Origin: a virus
Length of the DNA: 64,000 nucleotides
Reading direction: 5' to 3' (one strand)
Virus record (IMG/VR): IMGVR_UViG_3300044825_001871
Coordinates: 92,236 to 156,235 of that record
Shown: positions 28,630 through 36,553 of the stretch, one piece after another
How positions within the stretch are numbered: position 1 is the stretch's first letter
How the letters are laid out: each line of letters begins with the position of its first letter
Notes under the pieces: model-generated
Told to the model about the DNA's origin: nothing
Database searches by the model: none
The model's input: only the letters and a program-made list of their open reading frames with translations
Program-made: the position numbers and the translations under genes

Positions 28630-29280
28630 ATGTTAAACATCTTTACTGTAGCCGTTCCTCTTGTTGCAATGGTTACAACCAATACGGCATCACTGCCTTT
28701 CTCTAGTTATAAACTGCAAGGTCCTCCCCCTCCAGTGGATAAACCTTATTCCGTTATTAAAGAGTTTGAACCTGAGAAGACAGCAATCCTAGAGGTTGCA
28801 CCACCAAAGCCTAAAGAGAAAAGGCTAATTTGTAAAGGGTGTAATGAGAATGAAAATGCCACCCTGGCATTTCTCCAGGATTATGGTATAAAAGACAGAA
28901 ACGCCCTTGCTACTATTCTTGGAAATATTAAGCAAGAATCTATGTTCGTGCCTAATATTTGTGAAGGTGGTAGTAGGACTAGTTACCGTGGCTGCTGGCG
29001 TGGTTACGGACTAATCCAATGGACATCTGCCGATCGTTATTATGGATTGGGTGATTTTGCTAAGAAGTATGGTGGGGATCCATCAGCACTTCATACACAA
29101 TTACGTTATCTGACAAATGAGGTTCAGTGGCAAAGAATTGAGGAGAAAATGAAAACTCCTGGTAAATCAATAGATCGCTACATGAACTATGCGTACAGTT
29201 GGATTGGTTGGGGTATTCATGGTGCCCGAACACATTATGCCTATGAATATGTCAACAAACTGATTACGGTAGAGGTTTGA
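28630..29280 (+). CDS. Lysozyme-fold cell-wall hydrolase (phage tail lysozyme-like) with signal peptide
   Basis: ALATILGNIKQES, GYGLIQWT, QLRYL. Confidence 0.7.
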   Translation: MLNIFTVAVPLVAMVTTNTASLPFSSYKLQGPPPPVDKPYSVIKEFEPEKTAILEVAPPKPKEKRLICKGCNENENATLAFLQDYGIKDRNALATILGNIKQESMFVPNICEGGSRTSYRGCWRGYGLIQWTSADRYYGLGDFAKKYGGDPSALHTQLRYLTNEVQWQRIEEKMKTPGKSIDRYMNYAYSWIGWGIHGARTHYAYEYVNKLITVEV

Positions 29281-29384
29281 AAAATTAAATAAATTAACTG
29301 AAAAGAGGAGTGTAAAAACTCCTCTTTTTTAATATAAAAAAGACGTATATATACTTAATCCTAATTATTTTTTTGAGGAGTATT

Positions 29385-29582
29385 ATGTCTGAAACTACAC
29401 AACTAATTTCTGATGCATTTGCAACTTGGCAAATCGAAGATGAAAAATTTGTAAACGGAAATAGTGCGGCGGGCACCAGAGCACGTAAAGCACTTCAAGA
29501 ATTGACTAAACTTGCTAAGGCACGTAGAGGAGAAATCTCAGAAGAGAAGACTACCCGAAAGGAAGCAAAGGCATCTGCTTAA
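29385..29582 (+). CDS. Histone H1-like (Hc1-like) small DNA-binding protein
   Basis: EKFVNGNSAAGTRARKALQELTKLAKARR; RBS GAGGAG. Confidence 0.7.
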   Translation: MSETTQLISDAFATWQIEDEKFVNGNSAAGTRARKALQELTKLAKARRGEISEEKTTRKEAKASA

Positions 29583-29618
29583 TAAATATAGAGGAGTGGT
29601 TGCTACTCCTCTTTTTTT

Positions 29619-30050
29619 ATGTTCAATTTTAACTTCGGTAAGAAGAGACCAGATAAGAAGCAGATAATCCTTATAAGCGTCATACTCAGTGGTATCGTAG
29701 CAACCCTCTCACAATGCTCAGGAGTGCCCTCAGAGCGCCTCTGGGACCTCTTAGATGAGGTTCAGAGGACTCTGTTTCCTCAGACCATAATCAACGATGT
29801 TATAAGGCAAGATCCGAACCTTATAAAGCGAAGAGTAGAACGTGATGTTGATGAAGCAATCAGAGAATATGAACTCTTGACAGGAGACGATGGAACCTCT
29901 AGAATACCTTTGTCGAGGTTGATAGAGAAGTCTCTAGATACTTCTAAGTGTTATACTGAAGAGTGTAAGAAACTTGGAGGAGAAATGAGACTTTGTTCAC
30001 CTTGGGTAGATGGATGCTTAGACAGTTCTACAACTGACCTAAGTAAGTAG
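29619..30050 (+). CDS. Hypothetical membrane-anchored protein
   Basis: N-terminal hydrophobic helix; Cys-rich C-terminus. Confidence 0.65.
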   Translation: MFNFNFGKKRPDKKQIILISVILSGIVATLSQCSGVPSERLWDLLDEVQRTLFPQTIINDVIRQDPNLIKRRVERDVDEAIREYELLTGDDGTSRIPLSRLIEKSLDTSKCYTEECKKLGGEMRLCSPWVDGCLDSSTTDLSK

Positions 30051-30098
30051 ACAAAGATTCTGAATCAGTGTATTATTAAAAGGTGGTTGAGAGATCAC

Positions 30099-30131
30099 TT
30101 GACAATCAAATCTAAGTCTGGTATGATTGTC
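30099..30131 (+). promoter_or_regulatory. Sigma70 promoter with palindrome over -35 and -10 (copy 1)
   Basis: TTGACA-N17-TATGAT; GACAATCA...TGATTGTC. Confidence 0.75.
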
Positions 30132-30213
30132 TCATAGGCAACAGGGGTCCAAACTCTGTGTAAGTCCTGCCCCTCCCATGCCTCTCAACGATGCACAAAC
30201 CTGGAGGTCTCTT

Positions 30214-30287
30214 GGGTTAGTAGCTCAGATGGATAGAGCCACTCACTTCTAATGAGTTGGTCGGGGGTTCGAGTCCCTCCTAACCCG
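30214..30287 (+). tRNA. tRNA-Arg(UCU)
   Basis: GGGTTAG/CTAACCC acceptor; ACTCA-CTTCTAA-TGAGT anticodon arm; GTTCGAG T loop. Confidence 0.93.
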
Positions 30288-30374
30288 TTGAAGATTAATC
30301 TTCATATATAAAAGTGATAGAGGGTAAGTCACTGTTATATCCTTATGAGGTATATCACACTTACTCCATCAAAA

Positions 30375-30461
30375 TGTAGGAAGTGCAATCCCTCTCGCTG
30401 GTTACGACTAGATGAAGGAAAAGGTGATTCTGTCCGCACATAGAGATCCCTCCTACCACCA
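30375..30461 (+). ncRNA. tRNA-sized structured RNA ending in ACCA (non-cloverleaf)
   Basis: GTAGGA/TCCTAC terminal stem followed by CACCA; internal GTGC/GCAC and CTGGT-tacg-ACTAG stems. Confidence 0.45.
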
Positions 30462-30509
30462 CAAATATTGGTAGATATGCTTATAAATAATACTAGCAAG
30501 TTTACCAAA

Positions 30510-30974
30510 ATGAGAACAGACTTAGATCAAAAGAAAGATTACATTATTGATTCTTTACTTTCTGGAGTATCTCCAACAGAGTTATGCTTAGAATTAAATT
30601 GTAAAATTGATACCTTAAGGTCTAGGTATAAAAAATGGATACCTGACTATAAACCTGATTACACCAAACAAATCAGGCAATATGGTGGTAAGAATAAATG
30701 GAAATCTCTTTCTGAATATACAAAGTTTAAAGGTAAATCTTGCAAAAGAGATATACTACATAGACTATTAGTAGAAGAAAGAGGAAACAATTGTTCAGAA
30801 TGTGGTATCTCTTCTATTTGGAATGGAAAAAAATTAAGATTGCAAGTTGACCATATTAATGGTTCTCCTTATGATAATAATCCAAATAATCTAAGATTAT
30901 TATGCCCAAATTGTCATTCGCAAACTGAAACTTTTTCAAATAGAAACTCTTTAGCTTCAGTGGTGGAACGGTAG
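30510..30974 (+). CDS. HNH endonuclease (probable homing endonuclease)
   Basis: CSECG...LQVDHING...NNPNNLRLLCPNCHSQT; late promoter at 30482-30489 inside a hairpin. Confidence 0.85.
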   Translation: MRTDLDQKKDYIIDSLLSGVSPTELCLELNCKIDTLRSRYKKWIPDYKPDYTKQIRQYGGKNKWKSLSEYTKFKGKSCKRDILHRLLVEERGNNCSECGISSIWNGKKLRLQVDHINGSPYDNNPNNLRLLCPNCHSQTETFSNRNSLASVVER

Positions 30975-31036
30975 ACACAGCGGACTTAGAATCCGCCGCC
31001 TTAAAAAGCGTGGAAGTTCAAATCTTCTCTGGAGCA
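30954..31036 (+). tRNA. tRNA-Leu(UAG)
   Basis: GCTTCAG/CTGGAGC acceptor; GCGGA-CTTAGAA-TCCGC; long variable arm. Confidence 0.9.
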
Positions 31037-31037
31037 C

Positions 31038-31070
31038 TTGACAATCAAACTTAAATAGTTTATGATTGTC
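31038..31070 (+). promoter_or_regulatory. Sigma70 promoter with palindrome over -35 and -10 (copy 2)
   Basis: TTGACA-N17-TATGAT; GACAATCA...TGATTGTC. Confidence 0.75.
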
Positions 31071-31074
31071 TTAT

Positions 31075-31145
31075 GCGGGTATAGTTTAGGGGTAAAATGC
31101 CATCCTTCCAAGTTGGAGTCACCGGTTCGATTCCGATTACCCGCT
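31075..31145 (+). tRNA. tRNA-Gly(UCC)
   Basis: GCGGGTA/TACCCGC; loop CTTCCAA; one mismatch in the anticodon stem. Confidence 0.88.
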
Positions 31146-31167
31146 CTGAACCTTACAAGGTTCTTAT

Positions 31168-31239
31168 TCCACAATAGCTCAGCGGTAGAGTCGGTGACTG
31201 TTAATCACTTGGTCCCTGGTTCGAATCCAGGTTGTGGAG
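31168..31239 (+). tRNA. tRNA-Asn(GUU)
   Basis: TCCACAA/TTGTGGA; GGTGA-CTGTTAA-TCACT. Confidence 0.93.
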
Positions 31240-31391
31240 TTGATAGGATTGGAAATATCCGATTCTATCATAAGAGTCGGGATCATCATATCCGACTCAT
31301 TAAATCCTAAGTTTTCTTAGGTCGGGGACTTGATCACCCCCGCTCGTTGCAGAAAGTGTCTTCTGCGGGTGGTGGGCACTCATCACCTTTC

Positions 31392-31463
31392 GGGCGATTA
31401 ACTCAGCGGTAGAGTAATTCCCTTACAAGGAATGAGTCACTGGTTCGATTCCAGTATCGCCCA
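31392..31463 (+). tRNA. tRNA-Val(UAC)
   Basis: GGGCGAT/ATCGCCC; ATTCC-CTTACAA-GGAAT. Confidence 0.93.
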
Positions 31464-31491
31464 CTTGATAAATACTTAGAAAAAGAGTATA

Positions 31492-32013
31492 ATGGAAAAA
31501 CTGTTTAAACTCTTAAGTGATGCTCAGGCATCACTTTTTGTTCTATTTCATAAAACTTGGGTCTATCATTGGAATGTTGTTGGAAAGGACTTTCAACAAC
31601 TTCATACTCTTTTTGGAGAGCAGTATAATACTATCTTTAAAGAAATTGATAGATTATCAGAGCATATGAGATATTTGAACGTAAAACCTTTGAGTAGTTT
31701 AAATCGTGTTCTTGAAGTATCCAAAATCAAGGAAGCATCAAGTTCTGCGAATGCTGAAGGAATGATTTCTGACCTTCTTCAATCAAATATTGATTTTTGT
31801 GATATGATGGGTAAAATATCTGAAGAAGCAGAAGAACAAAAGTCATATGCTACAGCAAATCTAGTTCAGGATTTAATGGAGTCTCACGGCAAGTTTGTTT
31901 GGATGCTCCGTTCATTTTCAGATACAAGTTCAAAAAGAGTTCAAGAAGAAGTAGAAGAAGAAATCATCGAAGAAGTTATTGAAGAAATAGAAGAAGAAAC
32001 AACTGAAGAATAA
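31492..32013 (+). CDS. dps: Dps/ferritin-like protein with acidic tail
   Basis: HWNVVG..FQQLHTLFGEQY, IDRLSEH, HGKFVWMLRS. Confidence 0.85.
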   Translation: MEKLFKLLSDAQASLFVLFHKTWVYHWNVVGKDFQQLHTLFGEQYNTIFKEIDRLSEHMRYLNVKPLSSLNRVLEVSKIKEASSSANAEGMISDLLQSNIDFCDMMGKISEEAEEQKSYATANLVQDLMESHGKFVWMLRSFSDTSSKRVQEEVEEEIIEEVIEEIEEETTEE

Positions 32014-32021
32014 TTGAAATT

Positions 32022-32279
32022 ATGGAAAACTTAAAAATAAGATGCCGTACTTGCGGTAGAGAGTTGGAAGGACATCCAACAAGAACTATAACTTGTGGTT
32101 GCTCAAATATGGCAACAATTCGTGGAGATAAGATTTCAGCACTTGACTTATCTCAGATTGTTATGTTAAACTGTTTAAAACAAAATCAAAGTAAAGGTGT
32201 GTTGTCATCGCAAGACATTGCTTGGCAAGAGGCACGTCGTCAACGTAAAGTGAGACGACTTGATTTTGAAGTCCGCTGA
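32022..32279 (+). CDS. Small Zn-ribbon-like hypothetical protein
   Basis: CRTC...CGC; conserved cyanophage-type C-terminus RKVRRLDFEVR. Confidence 0.65.
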   Translation: MENLKIRCRTCGRELEGHPTRTITCGCSNMATIRGDKISALDLSQIVMLNCLKQNQSKGVLSSQDIAWQEARRQRKVRRLDFEVR

Positions 32280-32289
32280 GGACTTTATT

Positions 32290-32373
32290 GGAAAGGTGTC
32301 CGAGTGGTTTAAGGAAACGGTCTTGAAAACCGTCGTGTTAATAGCACCGTGGGTTCGAATCCCACTCTTTCCG
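32290..32373 (+). tRNA. tRNA-Ser(UGA)
   Basis: GGAAAGG/TCTTTCC; ACGGT-CTTGAAA-ACCGT; long variable arm. Confidence 0.93.
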
Positions 32374-32401
32374 CTTAAAAATATTTTTTATATAATACAA
32401 A

Positions 32402-33700
32402 ATGGAATTGACGGAACAAGTTAAAAATTTTTTAAATTCTATTTCCGAGGATGAATCTTTATATCCTTACATAACTAGTAATAAAAAATTTATTCCTGGT
32501 GAGTCAAATGTTTATTATTCTGGACCTTATTGGGACAATCGTGAAATTGAAACTATTTTTCATTCATTTTTGAAGGGTAAGTGGTTGGCTTCAGGTGAAG
32601 AGGTAAATAAATTTGAAAATAAATTTTCTAAAAAATTTAATAAAAAATATTCTTTAATGGTTAATTCTGGAAGTTCAGCAAATCTAATAATGATTGCTGC
32701 ACTCAAAAAAAGATTCGGGTGGAAAGATGGTGATGAAATTATAGTATCATGTGTTGGATTTCCAACTACAATTGCTCCAATCGTTCAAAATAAATTAACC
32801 CCTGTTTTTGTTGATATCAATTTTTCTGATCTTAATTGGGATTTAAAACAAATTGAAGATAAAATAACTTCAAAAACTAAATCCATTTTTTCTTCTCCCG
32901 TTTTAGGTAATCCTTATAACTTTGATCAGATTATTGATATCTGCGAAAAAAATAAAATTTATATGGTTGCCGATAATTGCGACTCTCTTGGTAGTAAATG
33001 GAATGATAAGTATTTAACTGATTATGCGATTGCAGCATCTTGTTCTTTTTATGCAGCACATCATATTTGCACAGGTGAAGGTGGAATGATATCTAGTGAT
33101 GACGAAGAATTGATTAATATTTCTCGTAGTCTTGCTTGGTGGGGTAGAGATTGTCATTGTATGGGTTCTCAAAATCTTCTTTCATGTGGTGTATGTGGTA
33201 AGAGATTTGATAATTGGATTCAAAACTATGATGGAATAATAGATCACAAATATGTCTATAGCCAGATGGGTTACAACCTAAAACCTATGGACTTTCAGGG
33301 GGCAGTTGGATCTGTTCAAATTGAAAAGTTTGAAGAGATTCACTATCTTCGTAGATTGAACAAGGTAAAAATTCAAGAATACTTTGAAAAGATCCCTGGA
33401 GTTCATAGTATTAATGAACTACCACAAGCAGAAACTAGTTGGTTTGGTGTCCCTGTTATTTGTGATTCAAAAGATATTAAAAATAGATTAATAAATTACT
33501 TAGAATCTAATAAAATCCAAACAAGAAATTATTTTGCTGGAAATATATTGATGCACCCTGGGTATAATCATTTAGATGATTATACAAAATATTCAAATGC
33601 ATCTAAAGTATTAGAAAAAGTATTTTTTGTTGGGTGCTCTCCAACTATTACTGAACCTATGATAGAATATATTGGAGAAATTGTATCTAAATTCAAATAA
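32402..33700 (+). CDS. DegT/DnrJ-family PLP/PMP enzyme, RfbH/DdhC-like 3-dehydrase
   Basis: VNSGSSANL, DNCDSLG, SFYAAHHICTGEGG (His in place of the catalytic Lys), WGRDCHC. Confidence 0.85.
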   Translation: MELTEQVKNFLNSISEDESLYPYITSNKKFIPGESNVYYSGPYWDNREIETIFHSFLKGKWLASGEEVNKFENKFSKKFNKKYSLMVNSGSSANLIMIAALKKRFGWKDGDEIIVSCVGFPTTIAPIVQNKLTPVFVDINFSDLNWDLKQIEDKITSKTKSIFSSPVLGNPYNFDQIIDICEKNKIYMVADNCDSLGSKWNDKYLTDYAIAASCSFYAAHHICTGEGGMISSDDEELINISRSLAWWGRDCHCMGSQNLLSCGVCGKRFDNWIQNYDGIIDHKYVYSQMGYNLKPMDFQGAVGSVQIEKFEEIHYLRRLNKVKIQEYFEKIPGVHSINELPQAETSWFGVPVICDSKDIKNRLINYLESNKIQTRNYFAGNILMHPGYNHLDDYTKYSNASKVLEKVFFVGCSPTITEPMIEYIGEIVSKFK

Positions 33701-33706
33701 GTAAAT

Positions 33707-34495
33707 ATGATTTATGTTACTGGATCAAATGGATTAATAGGAAAACGATTTTTAGAACTATATAAAGGTCCAATCACTACAATTTCGTATAGAGATGATC
33801 CGCAAGATATATTTAAATCGCATAAAAAATCTTGTTTAATTCACTTTGCTTGGAGTTCTTCAATAAAAAATAGTTATTATGAGTTTGAAAAATTTATAAA
33901 GTATGATGTAATTAATAGTAAAAAAATATTTGATTTTTATTCAAAGAAAAATCCAAATGGTAAAATAATTTTTACATCTAGTTCTCCCGCTCTTTATACT
34001 GGATATGAAAGAACAGTTGATGAAAATACTTTAGTAAACTCAAAAACCCTTTATGGAGACCTTAAAATACAAGTTGAAAATATTTTGAAAACCGTTGAGT
34101 GTGAAACTATTGTATTAAGAGTTTCTAATATATGGGGAGGAAAAAATTTACCATTAAATAGACCTAATGGTTTAGTTGATAAACTTTTTAACATAGTTAA
34201 TACTGAAAATGTACTTGAACTTTACGCAAATTTAGACACTAGAATTGACATAATACATGTTGATGATTTTATTGAATTGATTCAAAAGTGTATAGAAAAA
34301 AAATTAAATATAAAGCATGAAATGTTTGTTGTTGGTTCGCAAAGTTTAACAATTAAAGAAATTTTATCTACAATTTCATCTTTTGGTTATTTAAATATCA
34401 AGTTAAATAAAAAAGAATGTAAGTCTTACATACATGTGGAAAATCGTAGAGTGAGTTTAATGTTTAATTGGAAACCAAAAATTAAATTAATATGA
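33707..34495 (+). CDS. NAD-dependent epimerase/reductase (extended SDR)
   Basis: VTGSNGLIG, YGDLK (YxxxK), IHVDD. Confidence 0.8.
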   Translation: MIYVTGSNGLIGKRFLELYKGPITTISYRDDPQDIFKSHKKSCLIHFAWSSSIKNSYYEFEKFIKYDVINSKKIFDFYSKKNPNGKIIFTSSSPALYTGYERTVDENTLVNSKTLYGDLKIQVENILKTVECETIVLRVSNIWGGKNLPLNRPNGLVDKLFNIVNTENVLELYANLDTRIDIIHVDDFIELIQKCIEKKLNIKHEMFVVGSQSLTIKEILSTISSFGYLNIKLNKKECKSYIHVENRRVSLMFNWKPKIKLI

Positions 34496-35379
34496 AATTT
34501 ATAATTTACGCTCCATTGGAAATCAACGATTGTGGAGGTTGTACAGCTCTTTATAATCTTGCTCAGATATTAATAGACTGGGGATATGATGCTTATGTGT
34601 TTTCTTGGGATTTACAAATCTCATCATTACTTGACACTTCTGTATTAATTAATAATATACCTATTGCTACTCATGACATAATTGATATTGAAAATGATAT
34701 TGTAATATATCCTGAAATTATTGAAGGAAATCCTCTTGGAATTAAAAAATGTGTTAGATGGATTCTTTATTATCTAAATCCCACAGATTTTTCTTCTACT
34801 TGGGGAGAAAATGATCTATGGGTATATTGGTCAGCAGAATACATAACAAAAAATCGTGACCTTGATGAACAGATAATGAACATTTACCATTTAAATAAAA
34901 AATGGGTTCGTGATAATAGTATTAAAGACAGAACTGAAGAATTTTATATTATTAGAAAAGGACGTAATAGGTATAGTGAAACTAATAAAATTCACTCAAA
35001 TGAATCTATTTTATTAGAGGATATCTGTAAAACTCAGAAAGATTATATTTCTTATTATCAAAAAGGACGTATTTTATATTCTTATGATCCTCATACATTT
35101 CATTTAATTATATCCGCCTTATGCGGGTGTGTTTCTGTGGTTCAACCGATGGATGGAGTTTCTAGAAATGAATGGTCTAAACATCTTCCAGGGCATCAAT
35201 TTCTTCCTGAAATAGATGGATCTACTTTTTGGCCAGGAATTGCTTATGGGATTGATGATTTAGAACTTGCATCATCTACGATAGACTTATTACCATTAGT
35301 ATTTAAAAAACAGTCAGAAGCATCTGTAAATACAGTTAGAAATTTTTTAGAAAAAGTTCATTCTCATTTTAAAATTTAA
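34492..35379 (+). CDS. WavQ-like putative glycosyltransferase
   Basis: GG..ALYNL, IVIYPEIIEGNPL...VRWIL, YSYDPHT, ALCGC. Confidence 0.55.
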   Translation: MKFIIYAPLEINDCGGCTALYNLAQILIDWGYDAYVFSWDLQISSLLDTSVLINNIPIATHDIIDIENDIVIYPEIIEGNPLGIKKCVRWILYYLNPTDFSSTWGENDLWVYWSAEYITKNRDLDEQIMNIYHLNKKWVRDNSIKDRTEEFYIIRKGRNRYSETNKIHSNESILLEDICKTQKDYISYYQKGRILYSYDPHTFHLIISALCGCVSVVQPMDGVSRNEWSKHLPGHQFLPEIDGSTFWPGIAYGIDDLELASSTIDLLPLVFKKQSEASVNTVRNFLEKVHSHFKI

Positions 35380-35469
35380 TAATTTCTTCAACACTTTCTT
35401 GATATCAACACATAGTTGACAAGTTTAAAGCACTTACTAGAATAACTAGTAGTATTCAACTTAAACCTT

Positions 35470-35619
35470 ATGGATCAACACACCTATGATAATTGGGTGA
35501 AGATCAAAGAAACCTTTGAAACTTCTGGCAATACCGACAATATGTTTTATAAAAGAGCAGTTGAAATAGTTAAAACTAGAAGAGACCCTTTGGCAAAGTT
35601 TCTTGGAGATGAAAAGTGA
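35470..35619 (+). CDS. Small conserved cyanophage protein
   Basis: MDQHTYDNWVKIKETFE.SGNTDNMFYKRA; promoter TTGACA-N16-TAGAAT at 35416-35443. Confidence 0.65.
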   Translation: MDQHTYDNWVKIKETFETSGNTDNMFYKRAVEIVKTRRDPLAKFLGDEK

Positions 35620-35819
35620 TGGATCCTCACGATGAGTTTGTTAGTCGTTCTGAAGTTCAGGAGATGATCGATGCAGCAATACGACGACACAATCGTAATG
35701 CTTCTATCATTAGTATGTGCGTTGGTTGGGTGGTTCTTGCTTTATTTGCTGAGGGACTTTTAAGGTTAGTTGGAGTTATTCCTCCTATTTTTCCATGGCT
35801 AAATATTACTCTGAAATAA
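35619..35819 (+). CDS. Small membrane protein
   Basis: EVQEMIDAAIRRHNRNA followed by a hydrophobic helix. Confidence 0.65.
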   Translation: MDPHDEFVSRSEVQEMIDAAIRRHNRNASIISMCVGWVVLALFAEGLLRLVGVIPPIFPWLNITLK

Positions 35820-35974
35820 TTGGAATTGTTTTTTTACTAGTATTTGCTGCTACTATGTTCTACCAAGGAACTTGTATTTTGCGAGGACAGAGAGGTTATT
35901 CTTTGAGAGACTATCTAAAGCAGGATAGTAATAACATGCGTAAAAGAATAGAAGAATTATTAAAAGACAAATGA
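35795..35974 (+). CDS. Small membrane protein (59 aa)
   Basis: MAKYYSEIIGIVFLLVFAATMFYQG...; coupled to the next ORF. Confidence 0.5.
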   Translation: MAKYYSEIIGIVFLLVFAATMFYQGTCILRGQRGYSLRDYLKQDSNNMRKRIEELLKDK

Positions 35975-36084
35975 TAACAGAAGAAGATTTGGAGAATTTG
36001 CAGCAAAGAGTTCTTCAGAAAAAAATGGAAGAACTGTTTGAAGAACCATCAACTTATGAAGATGAGGACGAAGAAAATGTTTAA
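35971..36084 (+). CDS. Small acidic protein (37 aa)
   Basis: ATGA overlap; MITEEDLENLQQRVLQKKMEELFEEPSTYED. Confidence 0.5.
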   Translation: MITEEDLENLQQRVLQKKMEELFEEPSTYEDEDEENV

Positions 36085-36152
36085 AACACTTTTTATTTTC
36101 ACTTTCATTTATGCTACATTGATTGCGTCTTGGATTTATTGGGGACTTACAC

Positions 36153-36353
36153 ATGCATATCCACAATAAACAAAGATATAATTTTGCTATGTCTTCTTTT
36201 ATAAGAATGTACGGGCATTCTGTACTACATAATCATGATATTAAACAGTTTTGTATCGAATGGTCTAACTGTGAAGTAAATGCTCCTTTATCAGGACTTG
36301 ACGAAGTGGATCAGTACATGTATTATGAATATAAGAACTGGAGGGGAAGATGA
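36153..36353 (+). CDS. Hypothetical protein
   Basis: RYNFAMSSFIRMYG...DQYMYYEYKNWRGR. Confidence 0.55.
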   Translation: MHIHNKQRYNFAMSSFIRMYGHSVLHNHDIKQFCIEWSNCEVNAPLSGLDEVDQYMYYEYKNWRGR

Positions 36354-36466
36354 TTTTTCACATCGTAGAATCACTCGCTTCAAATCCATTATTTCTTTTT
36401 CTATGTGGAATGGGGTTGACAGTTGTTCCTTTTGCTGGTATTATGTTTATACATAGAGATAAGTAA
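36350..36466 (+). CDS. Small membrane protein (38 aa)
   Basis: ATGA overlap; LFLCGMGLTVVPFAGIMFIH. Confidence 0.55.
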   Translation: MIFHIVESLASNPLFLFLCGMGLTVVPFAGIMFIHRDK

Positions 36467-36538
36467 CGGGGTGTAAGTCAGCGGTAGACGGCTTGCTTTG
36501 GGAGCAAGAAGACAGAGGTTCGATCCCTCTCACCCCGA
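36467..36538 (+). tRNA. tRNA-Pro(UGG)
   Basis: CGGGGTG/CACCCCG; CTTGC-TTTGGGA-GCAAG. Confidence 0.92.
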
Positions 36539-36553
36539 CTCATAAAATACTTT

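Noticed and set aside
31062-31310. 82-aa ORF in the tRNA cluster
   Set aside because: Overlaps tRNA-Gly and tRNA-Asn; spurious
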